NCBI GenBank assembly: GCA_030431255.1 | Contig: JAUIJL010000006.1 | Coordinates: 468,613-532,612, forward strand | From: Thermoanaerobaculia bacterium | Lineage (GTDB): Bacteria > Acidobacteriota > Thermoanaerobaculia > Multivoradales > J023 | Length of the DNA: 64,000 bases | Direction of reading: 5' to 3' | In this document: positions 10,391 to 18,645 of the stretch, in pieces | Numbering within the stretch: position 1 is the stretch's first letter | Layout of the letters: every line of letters begins with the position of its first letter | Program-made: the position numbers and the translations under genes | The notes under the pieces: generated by a model | Databases searched by the model: none | Told to the model about the DNA's origin: nothing | The model's input: only the letters and a program-made list of their open reading frames with translations

Positions 10391-11728
10391 ATGAAGAGAT
10401 TTGCTCTTGTCTTGATGCTCGCGAGTCTTCTCGCGCTGGGCGGGCAAGCCTTTGCTGAGATGTGCACCATCGACGCTGTTCCGGCTGCTACCCTGCTTGT
10501 GCCTTACTTCGAGGTTGACCTCGACAACACCGACGGTGTGACCACCCTGTTCTCGGTCAACAATGCTTCGGCCGCTCCGGCCCTGGCCCACGTGACCCTC
10601 TGGACCGATTGGTCGCAACCCTCCGTCGACTTCGACATGTTCCTCACGGGATATGATGTCATCACCGTTAACCTGCGCGACGTGTTCAACGGCAACATCC
10701 CGATCACCGCGGATGAGCAGAGCGACGGCGGCGACACCATCAGCCCCCACGGCTCCAACCCGCAATGGGACGGCAGCTTCACCGATTGTGACGGCTTCTT
10801 CCCGTTCTTCAACAACCCGGTCATCCAGGGCGACAACCTCGAGCGTGTCGTCGACGGTCACACCGGTAACGACGTGTTGGGCCAAGGCTGCATGGGTCAC
10901 ACCCACGGTGACAACATCGCCCGCGGTTACATCACCATTGACAACGCCACTCGCTGCTCCATCGAGTTCCCGAGTGACGACGGTTACTTCGGTGGCCTGA
11001 ATCCCGTTGCTTCCAACGAGAATCAGCTCTGGGGTGACTACTTCATCGTCGATCCGGGCAACGCGTTTGCCTTCGGCGACAACCTGGTCCACGTTGAGGC
11101 CGATGACGCGTTCGACGCTTCCTCGACCCCGACCAACTACACCTTCTACGGTCGTTACACCGCCGCTACCGGTGGTTTCGACAACCGTGAGCCGCTCGGC
11201 ACGACCTGGGGCGTTCGCTACCTGAACGGTGGCGCCTTCTCCGGTGGTACCGACCTGATCGTGTGGCGTGACTCCACCAGCTCCGACACCCAGACCTTCT
11301 ACACCTGTGGCGTGGGTCCGGACTGGTACCCGATGAACGAGACCGAAGTGGTTGCGTTCGACGAGGAAGAGAATGCCGTGGAGCTCTGCTTCACCGGCCA
11401 AGGCGGTGTTATCTCCCCGCCGACCCCGGGCAGCGACCCGGCCTGCTTCCCGCTCGAAACCCAACGCACCGCTTACGGTGCCGGCCCTCTCGCTGGCCCG
11501 TATGACTTCGGTTGGCTCTACCTGAACCTGAACGTTGGCGTCGACACCATCACTGGTGATGCTGATTTCGGTTCCGGTGGCACCTTGGCCCAGAGCTTCG
11601 TGGCTGCTGCTCACAGCGCCTCCGGTCTGTACCAAGTTGGCCTCCAAGCCATCGCTCTGACCAGCGCCTGTGACGACGTTGATCCGTTGATCACCGATCA
11701 GGGCACCATCCCGCAGAACGGTCTCTGA
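10391..11728 (+). CDS. Secreted acidic protein of unknown family (446 aa)
   Basis: ATG 10391 preceded by AGGAG. Signal peptide MKRFALVLMLASLLALGGQAFA. The mature part is D/N/G/T-rich with 8 Cys and contains no motif I recognise. Strong coding signal and expression-type codon bias. Confidence 0.85.
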   Translation: MKRFALVLMLASLLALGGQAFAEMCTIDAVPAATLLVPYFEVDLDNTDGVTTLFSVNNASAAPALAHVTLWTDWSQPSVDFDMFLTGYDVITVNLRDVFNGNIPITADEQSDGGDTISPHGSNPQWDGSFTDCDGFFPFFNNPVIQGDNLERVVDGHTGNDVLGQGCMGHTHGDNIARGYITIDNATRCSIEFPSDDGYFGGLNPVASNENQLWGDYFIVDPGNAFAFGDNLVHVEADDAFDASSTPTNYTFYGRYTAATGGFDNREPLGTTWGVRYLNGGAFSGGTDLIVWRDSTSSDTQTFYTCGVGPDWYPMNETEVVAFDEEENAVELCFTGQGGVISPPTPGSDPACFPLETQRTAYGAGPLAGPYDFGWLYLNLNVGVDTITGDADFGSGGTLAQSFVAAAHSASGLYQVGLQAIALTSACDDVDPLITDQGTIPQNGL

Positions 11729-11744
11729 TCCGTTCTTAGGGAAC

Positions 11745-11806
11745 GAGTGAAGGGCTAGCCCTTCACTCTGGAAACGGGCTCATCCTTCTGGATGGGTCCG
11801 TTTTTT
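11745..11806 (+). terminator. Tandem intrinsic terminators after the 446-aa secreted protein gene
   Basis: Hairpin 1 is GAGTGAAGGGC-TA-GCCCTTCACTC (11745..11768). Hairpin 2 is AACGGGCTCATCC/GGATGGGTCCGTT (11773..11802), running into TTTTTTCGTTTTTC. Confidence 0.8.
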
Positions 11807-12184
11807 CGTTTTTCTTTCGCTGCCCTTTTTTAGCTGTCAGGGATGAGGAAACGGACCTGCAACGATGGCTTCAAGCCTGTTGCAGGGCTCGCGCGCGGCC
11901 GGGATGCTCCCCAGCCCGATCGACCCACCTTCAAGTTTTCCAAGCGGCAGAAGAAATCGCCGCCCTTGTTATTTCAGCATGGTTTGAGCGCCGTTGCGAA
12001 GCCGTCGGGATCCTCAAAAACCCGCGGCAAGCCTGTTAGAAGGCGTTTTAGGCAACGGGCCTTGAATTTCACATAATGCTATGTCAACATGTCAGCTCTT
12101 CGACGCAGTCTCGTACAGATTAGATTCTTCTCCGATTTCAGGTCCCCCATTCCAAGCGTGCGTCGCGGATTCAAGGAGATTTCC

Positions 12185-15157
12185 ATGATCGATCGTCATT
12201 CGTTTCGCCGCCGCTCTCCGAGAGCAGCGGTCCTTGCCATGTCCTCTTTCTTCCTGCTTCTGCCTCCCACCGTTTTCGGTGGAGAAGAGGAATGTGGTGT
12301 TGGACGGCTTGGGCGACCGGTTCCCCAAACCCGGGCCGAAATGGGGCCGAACGAATACCTATGGCCGAGAAACGGTGCGGGTGCATTCACCTTTAGGCCT
12401 GCCAGCAATGGTTCAGGCGAGCCCTACTCCATTCCTGGAAACCGCGACAGCACGAGCTACATCACCCAGACCATTCCCGGAAATCAATCGGGCCACGAGC
12501 TGTTCATGGATGTCGCCCAAGTTGAGGGTAACGACGATTGGTTGTTTGTGGCCTATAACGCGGGCCTACAGGTATGGGACCTGAGAAGCGACCCCGCGAA
12601 TCCCAGCCGAGCAGCTTTCCGCGACGGTTGGTTGGGCCACTTCGACGAGTTTCCCGCCGCCGGCGAGGTGGACACCTACGTTGAGGCTCTGGGAGTGGTG
12701 CAATCCGGCGGCGACTATCTCATTGGTCTGGCCGGGCGCAGTGGTCATGGATTCTCGTTCTGGGAGTTCACGCCGCCCTCTACCCTGACCCAGCACTGCC
12801 AGGTATCTACTCATGTGGCTCGTCAGGTTGAGCTGATTGAGCACAACAACAGAGCCTACGCCTTTGTTTCTACATCCGATGGTCTTTTCGTATACGACCT
12901 GGATTCATCGCAAGGGGGCACCTGTGTGCTCGAGGGAACCGTCGGAACCATGAGCGACGGAAACTACGTTTCGGTGCTACAAAAAGACGGCGATGTATTC
13001 GTTGCGGCCGCCGACGGTAGCTTGTTGGGCTCAGACCCCCTTGCTGTTGAGATTTGGGAAGTGGATCCTGAAAATCCCGGCTCGGCTCGTCAGCTCTTCG
13101 ATGGCTTCAACACCAACTCCAGGGGCGTCGCGCTATTTGAGATTCCCGGTGCGGTCAGCCGCTACTTCCTCGGCTTTATTGAATCCTCGAACACGATCAA
13201 GTTCTATGACGTCGAGGCCTGCCTGGAGCATGTCGGTCCGGGAACTTGCGGCAGCCTAGGTAGCCCAGTCGCAACTCAGTCCGTGCAGAGCATCGGCAAG
13301 CTTTACGAGTTCCTGGACGTCTCCAGCAGCAGCGACGGCAGGACTTGGGGGTACTACGGATTCATGACCAGCCCCGGTCTCTTCGGGTCGAAGTTCGAAT
13401 ACCTGCTCGATCTCACCCCGTTGGCTTCTACGAGTCTTCAAGAAGCGCAATCTATGGGTGGAGTCACACTGGATGAGATTACCGATGGCGGTGACACCTA
13501 CCCCAACTCCTCACCTTGCTCCAATACGGCGCCTATCGATTATTGGGGTGATTACTACCCGCTGAGCCGTCATGGGTTGAACTTCCTTACCCCGCGACAC
13601 GGAATTTTCATCGGCTCGTATTTCTATCGCGCTGCTTACAGCATGTTGGACATCCACGAGATCACCAACACTCCAGCGGTTTCCAGCGTGACCACCAGCT
13701 TCAACGGCCCGGGTTCCACAATCTGGATGGATGAAACCGCCTCGTATACCGCTACACCGGGGGGTTCATGCTCGCCGGTGGCAGGGGATTGGTGCTGGGT
13801 GGTCGAAACCGCCGGTGGAGCGGGTGACGTGTGGTCCCATTCGCCGGACCTCGGCGATTGCAGCGCAAGCTACAGCAACCCCGAAAGCTTCGACTACTCC
13901 TGCTCTCCCGGTGGCGGCGCCCGCTGTGGAAACGGCACCGCAATGGTCACTGCATGGAATACCAACTGTGGCTCCTTCCCGCCGACCAATACCCAAAGCA
14001 ACTCGGTCACGATTACGATCAAAGATCCGACCGTGGAGATTGAGGGTTCCCTAGACACTGGCGGCACCTTGTACCAGCAGTGTCAGGTAGTTTCCATGGA
14101 CGCGTCTGTGGGTGGTCGTGGGCCGATCACATGGGAATGGCTCGTCGATGGTGAGCCATTGGATGGGTGCTCCGGCAGCGTGTCGACCACTACCGACTTG
14201 GCACCCACGGATCTGAGCTGCCTGTGGGATACCAGCGGTGTGCAGTTGGTCAATATCTTTGCCGACGGTTTCGAGACCGGCGATGCCGTCCGGTGGTCCT
14301 CTTCCGTCGGGCTGCCGACGCTGAAAATGGCGGGGAATCATTCAAACCACCGCGCCTTCCGAGCACTGAGCTTCGGTAAAGGCGAGTCGCCGTCACTGGA
14401 CCTAGATGTCGAGCTTGTGGTGTCCAACGGCTCGGTGCTCGACTCCGAGATGGTCACGATCACCATCGAGGAGATCGGACAGCCGTCGTTCGTCACTCCT
14501 GGAGATCCCACCAGCGCATCGGTGATCGGCAACTCGGCGACGATCATGGCACCGGCCAACGACACCTCCGCTTGGTCTTGGGAGATCGAAGATCCCGACC
14601 TAGGTGACGCCCCCTGCTCGTTCGATGGCGCCGCCTCTTGCGTGACCACGGAAACCTTCACCGACACCCTGGTCTACGCTTGGGTGACGGATGGTGACCA
14701 TCGCTACAAAGTGTCCATCTCCAACTGCCAATTCGGTGGCTCGGAGATGGCGACGGGATCGGTGACGGTGTCTGCCGCGGTGGATCCCGTGATCACCACG
14801 TTCCGCTTCAATCCCGCGACCGCAACGGAGTTCTGCTGTGGCAGCCCGTTCGCGGGTTTTGAGTGCCAATCGGGTGTGGCGATTGAATTCCAGGTCTCCA
14901 TGCTCGAAGAGGCGGTCTACGGATTCGGGTTCGATTGGGAGCGGACCTCCCAGGGCTCCGCGACCTACCAATCGCAGTCTCCGGACGGCAATACCCTGGC
15001 GACCTATTCGTTCACCCATACGTTCTCAAATTCCGGCAGCGAGCGGACCGTTTATCCGGTGGTCCAGGTCACCAGCGGTCTGAGTAACGATACGGATGAC
15101 TTCTACACCAGCGATGGCGCGATCACCATCTTGGCGAACGGCCAGACCTGTAACTGA
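12185..15157 (+). CDS. Large secreted protein: LVIVD-like beta-propeller N-terminal half plus Cys-rich Ig/PKD-like modules
   Basis: ATG 12185 preceded by AAGGAGA; signal-like SSFFLLLPPTVFG. Repeated strand motifs include WLFVAYNAGLQVWDL, AYAFVSTSDGLFVYDL, VFVAAADGS..VEIWEV and TIKFYDV. An internal ADGFETGDAVRWSS linker motif is present. The domain assignment is from pattern recognition only. Confidence 0.75.
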   Translation: MIDRHSFRRRSPRAAVLAMSSFFLLLPPTVFGGEEECGVGRLGRPVPQTRAEMGPNEYLWPRNGAGAFTFRPASNGSGEPYSIPGNRDSTSYITQTIPGNQSGHELFMDVAQVEGNDDWLFVAYNAGLQVWDLRSDPANPSRAAFRDGWLGHFDEFPAAGEVDTYVEALGVVQSGGDYLIGLAGRSGHGFSFWEFTPPSTLTQHCQVSTHVARQVELIEHNNRAYAFVSTSDGLFVYDLDSSQGGTCVLEGTVGTMSDGNYVSVLQKDGDVFVAAADGSLLGSDPLAVEIWEVDPENPGSARQLFDGFNTNSRGVALFEIPGAVSRYFLGFIESSNTIKFYDVEACLEHVGPGTCGSLGSPVATQSVQSIGKLYEFLDVSSSSDGRTWGYYGFMTSPGLFGSKFEYLLDLTPLASTSLQEAQSMGGVTLDEITDGGDTYPNSSPCSNTAPIDYWGDYYPLSRHGLNFLTPRHGIFIGSYFYRAAYSMLDIHEITNTPAVSSVTTSFNGPGSTIWMDETASYTATPGGSCSPVAGDWCWVVETAGGAGDVWSHSPDLGDCSASYSNPESFDYSCSPGGGARCGNGTAMVTAWNTNCGSFPPTNTQSNSVTITIKDPTVEIEGSLDTGGTLYQQCQVVSMDASVGGRGPITWEWLVDGEPLDGCSGSVSTTTDLAPTDLSCLWDTSGVQLVNIFADGFETGDAVRWSSSVGLPTLKMAGNHSNHRAFRALSFGKGESPSLDLDVELVVSNGSVLDSEMVTITIEEIGQPSFVTPGDPTSASVIGNSATIMAPANDTSAWSWEIEDPDLGDAPCSFDGAASCVTTETFTDTLVYAWVTDGDHRYKVSISNCQFGGSEMATGSVTVSAAVDPVITTFRFNPATATEFCCGSPFAGFECQSGVAIEFQVSMLEEAVYGFGFDWERTSQGSATYQSQSPDGNTLATYSFTHTFSNSGSERTVYPVVQVTSGLSNDTDDFYTSDGAITILANGQTCN

Positions 15158-15213
15158 CGGCATTCCCTGAGGAGCGGCAAGCTCTGAAGCGGGAACGTCG
15201 GAACGATCGACCT

Positions 15214-15252
15214 AATAACCCGGCCTGCTACGCAGAGGCCGGGTTATTTTTT
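15214..15252 (+). terminator. Intrinsic terminator after the 991-aa secreted protein gene
   Basis: 12-bp stem AATAACCCGGCC/GGCCGGGTTATT followed by a T-run (TTATTTTTT). It lies 40 nt upstream of the wzt start. Confidence 0.85.
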
Positions 15253-15291
15253 GCTTCTGAGGAGCCGTGCCGGAGATACAATCCGCCCGAG

Positions 15292-16503
15292 ATGAGCGAG
15301 ACATTGATACAAGCCGAACGTTTATCGAAGACCTACAAGGTGTTTGCCCGTCCAGTCGACCGATTCTTAGAAGGGGTCACCGGCCGCCCTCGTCACCAAA
15401 AAGTCGAGGCATTGAAGGACGTCGGTTTCGAGCTGAAGGAAGGTGAAGGGCTCGGAATTGTCGGTGAGAACGGAGCCGGCAAGAGCACACTTCTGAAGAT
15501 CCTCTCCGGGGTCACAGTGCCGACCGAAGGTCGGCTTCGGGTAGAAGGTCGAGTCGCCTCTTTATTGGAGCTGGGGATGGGGTTCCACTCCGAGCTGACC
15601 GGACGCCAAAACATTCGACTGAACGCTGCGATGATGGGGTTTACGGACGAGGAAACCGACGCCAAAACACCGAGAATCATCGACTTCAGCGAGCTCGGCG
15701 AGTTCATCGATCGTCCGATCAAAACCTATTCGAGCGGCATGGCCATGCGCTTGGGTTTTTCCATTGCGGTTCAGGTCGAGCCCGATATTTTGATCATCGA
15801 CGAGGCGCTGTCGGTGGGCGACGGGTACTTTCAGAAGAAGTGTATGGACGAGATCCGTCGCCTGTTGGATAGGGGCTGCACATTCCTCTTTTGCTCCCAT
15901 GCCATGTATTACGTCTCTCACTTTTGCGACCAAGCCCTCTGGCTGAGGAAAGGGCGGGCCGAGGCGTTCGGTGAGGTCGCGGGCGTAGTTCGGGAATATG
16001 AGTCGTTTCTGGCCAGGAAATCCAAAAAGAACCGCCCTCAAGAAGACCTACCCGAGAAAGAGGGACCGGCGAGCTTTACGGCCGCGCGGATGCTGGGTGG
16101 CAAAGACGGGGTTTATCGACGCGGAGATGCTTTGGGCATCGAGGTGTCGTGGCAGGCGGAAAAGCCCGATTTGGGATTCCACCTCGGAGTCGCCGTCGAC
16201 CGTAGCGACGGGGTTCAAATCATGAGCTTCTCGAGCCACCGCGACGGGCGGGATCCTTTGACCGGCTCGACTCGCCACCATCTCCGCCTTTGGGTTCGAG
16301 ATCTGCCCTTGTTGCGCGGTGAATTTGAAATCTATCTCTTCTTGCTCGGCGAGGCCGGCCTGCATCTATACGATCAGCGGCGAGTCCCGGGCGCATTTAC
16401 CGTCGAATCCCAGCAATACGACATCGGATTGGTAGAAGCGGAGCATGAGTGGTCAACCCTGGCTGCCGAAGACCTCGAAGGGCGACCGGTTCAGCTCGCC
16501 TGA
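15292..16503 (+). CDS. wzt: ABC glycan exporter ATP-binding protein (Wzt/TagH-like) with extra C-terminal domain
   Basis: Walker A GENGAGKST, signature YSSGMAMRLGF and Walker B ILIIDEALSVGD. About 150 further residues follow the NBD, consistent with a Wzt-type glycan-terminus-binding domain. Confidence 0.88.
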   Translation: MSETLIQAERLSKTYKVFARPVDRFLEGVTGRPRHQKVEALKDVGFELKEGEGLGIVGENGAGKSTLLKILSGVTVPTEGRLRVEGRVASLLELGMGFHSELTGRQNIRLNAAMMGFTDEETDAKTPRIIDFSELGEFIDRPIKTYSSGMAMRLGFSIAVQVEPDILIIDEALSVGDGYFQKKCMDEIRRLLDRGCTFLFCSHAMYYVSHFCDQALWLRKGRAEAFGEVAGVVREYESFLARKSKKNRPQEDLPEKEGPASFTAARMLGGKDGVYRRGDALGIEVSWQAEKPDLGFHLGVAVDRSDGVQIMSFSSHRDGRDPLTGSTRHHLRLWVRDLPLLRGEFEIYLFLLGEAGLHLYDQRRVPGAFTVESQQYDIGLVEAEHEWSTLAAEDLEGRPVQLA

Positions 16504-17357
16504 GCCCTCTTTACCGGCGATTTCCAGCCGACGATCTTGACTTGCTCTAGGGGCCGCAAGGGGGCCTGGTCCTTCATCCATTGATCGAAAAGGCGGCGGC
16601 GGAACGACGGGCCGACCAAGTCGAGCCCGGCTTCGATGAGCCGGATCGGCCAAACCGGCCAGCGGACGGGGTCGCTGCCGATGCCGAGCAAGGCTTCGAC
16701 TCTGGAGAAACCCGCGAGTCTGAAAGCCTCCGCCAAGTCGAAGAACGAGTACTCTCTTAAATGAAACCCTTCGGGTCGATCGGAGAAATAACCCGAGATA
16801 TCGTGAGGGCCGTGGAGCCGGTTTGGGGTGATGGCCACGTACGGAGCGCCGGGCTTCAGCCAGCGCAAGACCTGCTCGAGGTGAGGGCCGAGATCGGCGG
16901 GGTGCAAATGCTCCAGGAAGTGACAGCTGAACGCGAGGTCGACGCTATTGCGCGAAATGCGCTCGTCGGCGTCTATGGGCAACACGTGGTGGAAATTGGT
17001 GGCCGGCACCTCGCCACCCTCGGCAATCACCATCGACGCCTCGACGGTCCAAACCTCGTGAACCTCTGTCGCCAGGGAGCGGGCCAAGGAGCCGTCTCCA
17101 GAGCCGATTTCCAGGAAAACCGTGTCGTGGCGAAGAAATGGGGCGATCAGTCGCTTCTGTAAAACCGTCTGCTCGGCGCTCGGGCGGGGAGCGAGGTCTT
17201 CCGGTAGGGCGCGAAAATAGCGATCATAGACTTCTCCGTAGAGCGAGGCTCGCTCGCTTTCCGGCGCAGCCCTCAGCTGGTCCGCAAGCTCTTTTTCTAA
17301 GAGGTAGAGTCGGCGCAGCTCTTCGGGATCACGGTCTGACGGTAGGGGTCGAGGCAT
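16491..17357 (-). CDS. Class I SAM-dependent methyltransferase
   Basis: Motif I VFLEIGSGDGSLARSLA in a Methyltransf_11/23-like layout. Its 3' end overlaps the wzt 3' end convergently by 13 nt. Confidence 0.8.
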   Translation of the reverse strand: MPRPLPSDRDPEELRRLYLLEKELADQLRAAPESERASLYGEVYDRYFRALPEDLAPRPSAEQTVLQKRLIAPFLRHDTVFLEIGSGDGSLARSLATEVHEVWTVEASMVIAEGGEVPATNFHHVLPIDADERISRNSVDLAFSCHFLEHLHPADLGPHLEQVLRWLKPGAPYVAITPNRLHGPHDISGYFSDRPEGFHLREYSFFDLAEAFRLAGFSRVEALLGIGSDPVRWPVWPIRLIEAGLDLVGPSFRRRLFDQWMKDQAPLRPLEQVKIVGWKSPVKRAQAS

Positions 17358-17574
17358 GGGGTCGCTCGCAGGTCGGGGGTAGGCTCAGGCCGAGGCGCAC
17401 CTAAGGTCCGCTTCCGCGCGCAAATCGCGCGTTCAACGGGCCTGCTGATGATTGGCCCAGTCTCGGCACTAGTATACGGAGATAGCTACGATTCGAAAAC
17501 GTCATAGGCTTCCCAAAGATCCCCTCAGCATTAGCTATCTGCTGGAAGACACCGCTCTATTCGGAGGTGTCAAG

Positions 17575-18645
17575 GTGGTGCTACATCAGGCGAACCTTAT
17601 GGCCGCTCGGGGTCATCAGGTGTTTGTCGTCGGGCCGGGAAAGGCCCCGGACTGGTTTGCCCTGCATGCCGACTATGTGCAAACCCAGGGGCTCGAGCCC
17701 CATGAGCTGCCACCCGCGGACGTGACGGTGGCAACGTTCTGGACTACCCTACCGGCAGCCAAGCGAGCGGCGGAGCAGGGAGCGTTAGGGGCCGGAGGCG
17801 CGCGCGGTGAGATCATTCATTTCTGCCAGGGATTCGAAGCGGAGCTGACCCACAACCAAGCCGAGCATCCTGCCATTCTCGAAGCCTACGAAACGAATGT
17901 GCCTGCGATGGCAGTGTCACCCCATTTAGCCGCCATCGTCGCCGAGCGATTCCACCGTCCGGCGAGGGTGGTTCCGCAACCCTTGGGCTCCGACTGGCGT
18001 CCCGCTCGGAGGTGGCGACCTCGGCGGCCTCCGAGGATCTTGATCACAGGCCCTTGGGAGATCTATCTGAAGGGGGTTCCGGTGGCCTTGAAAGCCGTGT
18101 TGACCCTCCGTCAAAAGGGGGTGGATGCGCGGATTGTCCGTCTTTCCCAATGGCCTCTGTGTGAAGAGGAGCGTGCGCTGGTGGAGCCGGATGAATTTCA
18201 CCACCATCTATCGCCCGAAGAGGTGCCGGCTCTGACTCGGTCGTGCGACCTGCTGCTGGCGCCGTCCTGGAGCCAGGAGGGTTTCGGCCTACCCGTGCTG
18301 GAAGCAATGGCTGCCGGGGTGCCCTCCGTGGTGTCGGATATCCCCAGCTTTCGTGCCTTTGCGACGGGCTCGTCGGAGCTGGTGCCATTCGACCGGGCGG
18401 ACCTGTTTGCCGATCGTGCGCAAGACCTTCTGGAGAACCCGGCGAAATGGCGGTCTTTGCGTCGCCGAGGGCTGAGGGAGGCACGGCGATTTTCGGAGGC
18501 TGTGGCCGCAGAGGTCATTGAAGAGACCTTGCGATGGGCTGCCGATGGCAGCTGGCGTGACGAGCGACTCGTTGAGAGTGGGCGGAACCGGCAAGATTCG
18601 ACGGAACAAGTGTCGCAAGATGAGCGGCACGGAGAGCGACCTTGA
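17575..18645 (+). CDS. Glycosyltransferase family 4 (GT-B fold)
   Basis: C-terminal GT4 signature SWSQEGFGLPVLEAMAAGVPSVVSD. GTG 17575 has GGAGG 6 nt upstream. However, the conserved N-terminal strand (ISYLLEDTALFGGVK) is encoded in frame upstream without an ATG/GTG/TTG codon, so the start is uncertain. Confidence 0.8.
   Translation: MVLHQANLMAARGHQVFVVGPGKAPDWFALHADYVQTQGLEPHELPPADVTVATFWTTLPAAKRAAEQGALGAGGARGEIIHFCQGFEAELTHNQAEHPAILEAYETNVPAMAVSPHLAAIVAERFHRPARVVPQPLGSDWRPARRWRPRRPPRILITGPWEIYLKGVPVALKAVLTLRQKGVDARIVRLSQWPLCEEERALVEPDEFHHHLSPEEVPALTRSCDLLLAPSWSQEGFGLPVLEAMAAGVPSVVSDIPSFRAFATGSSELVPFDRADLFADRAQDLLENPAKWRSLRRRGLREARRFSEAVAAEVIEETLRWAADGSWRDERLVESGRNRQDSTEQVSQDERHGERP

Noticed and set aside
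10385-11647. 420-aa antisense ORF covering the whole orphan secreted-protein gene.
   Set aside because: It has no start context or motifs. Its openness is explained by the strong codon bias of the sense gene, which has a signal peptide, RBS, promoter and terminators.
7849-15291. Idea that the three-gene block splitting wzm/wzt is a mobile genetic island.
   Set aside because: No integrase, transposase, tRNA attachment site, or flanking direct or inverted repeats were found by eye. Only the intergenic regions, not the genes, show lower GC. The insertion question is left open under findings.
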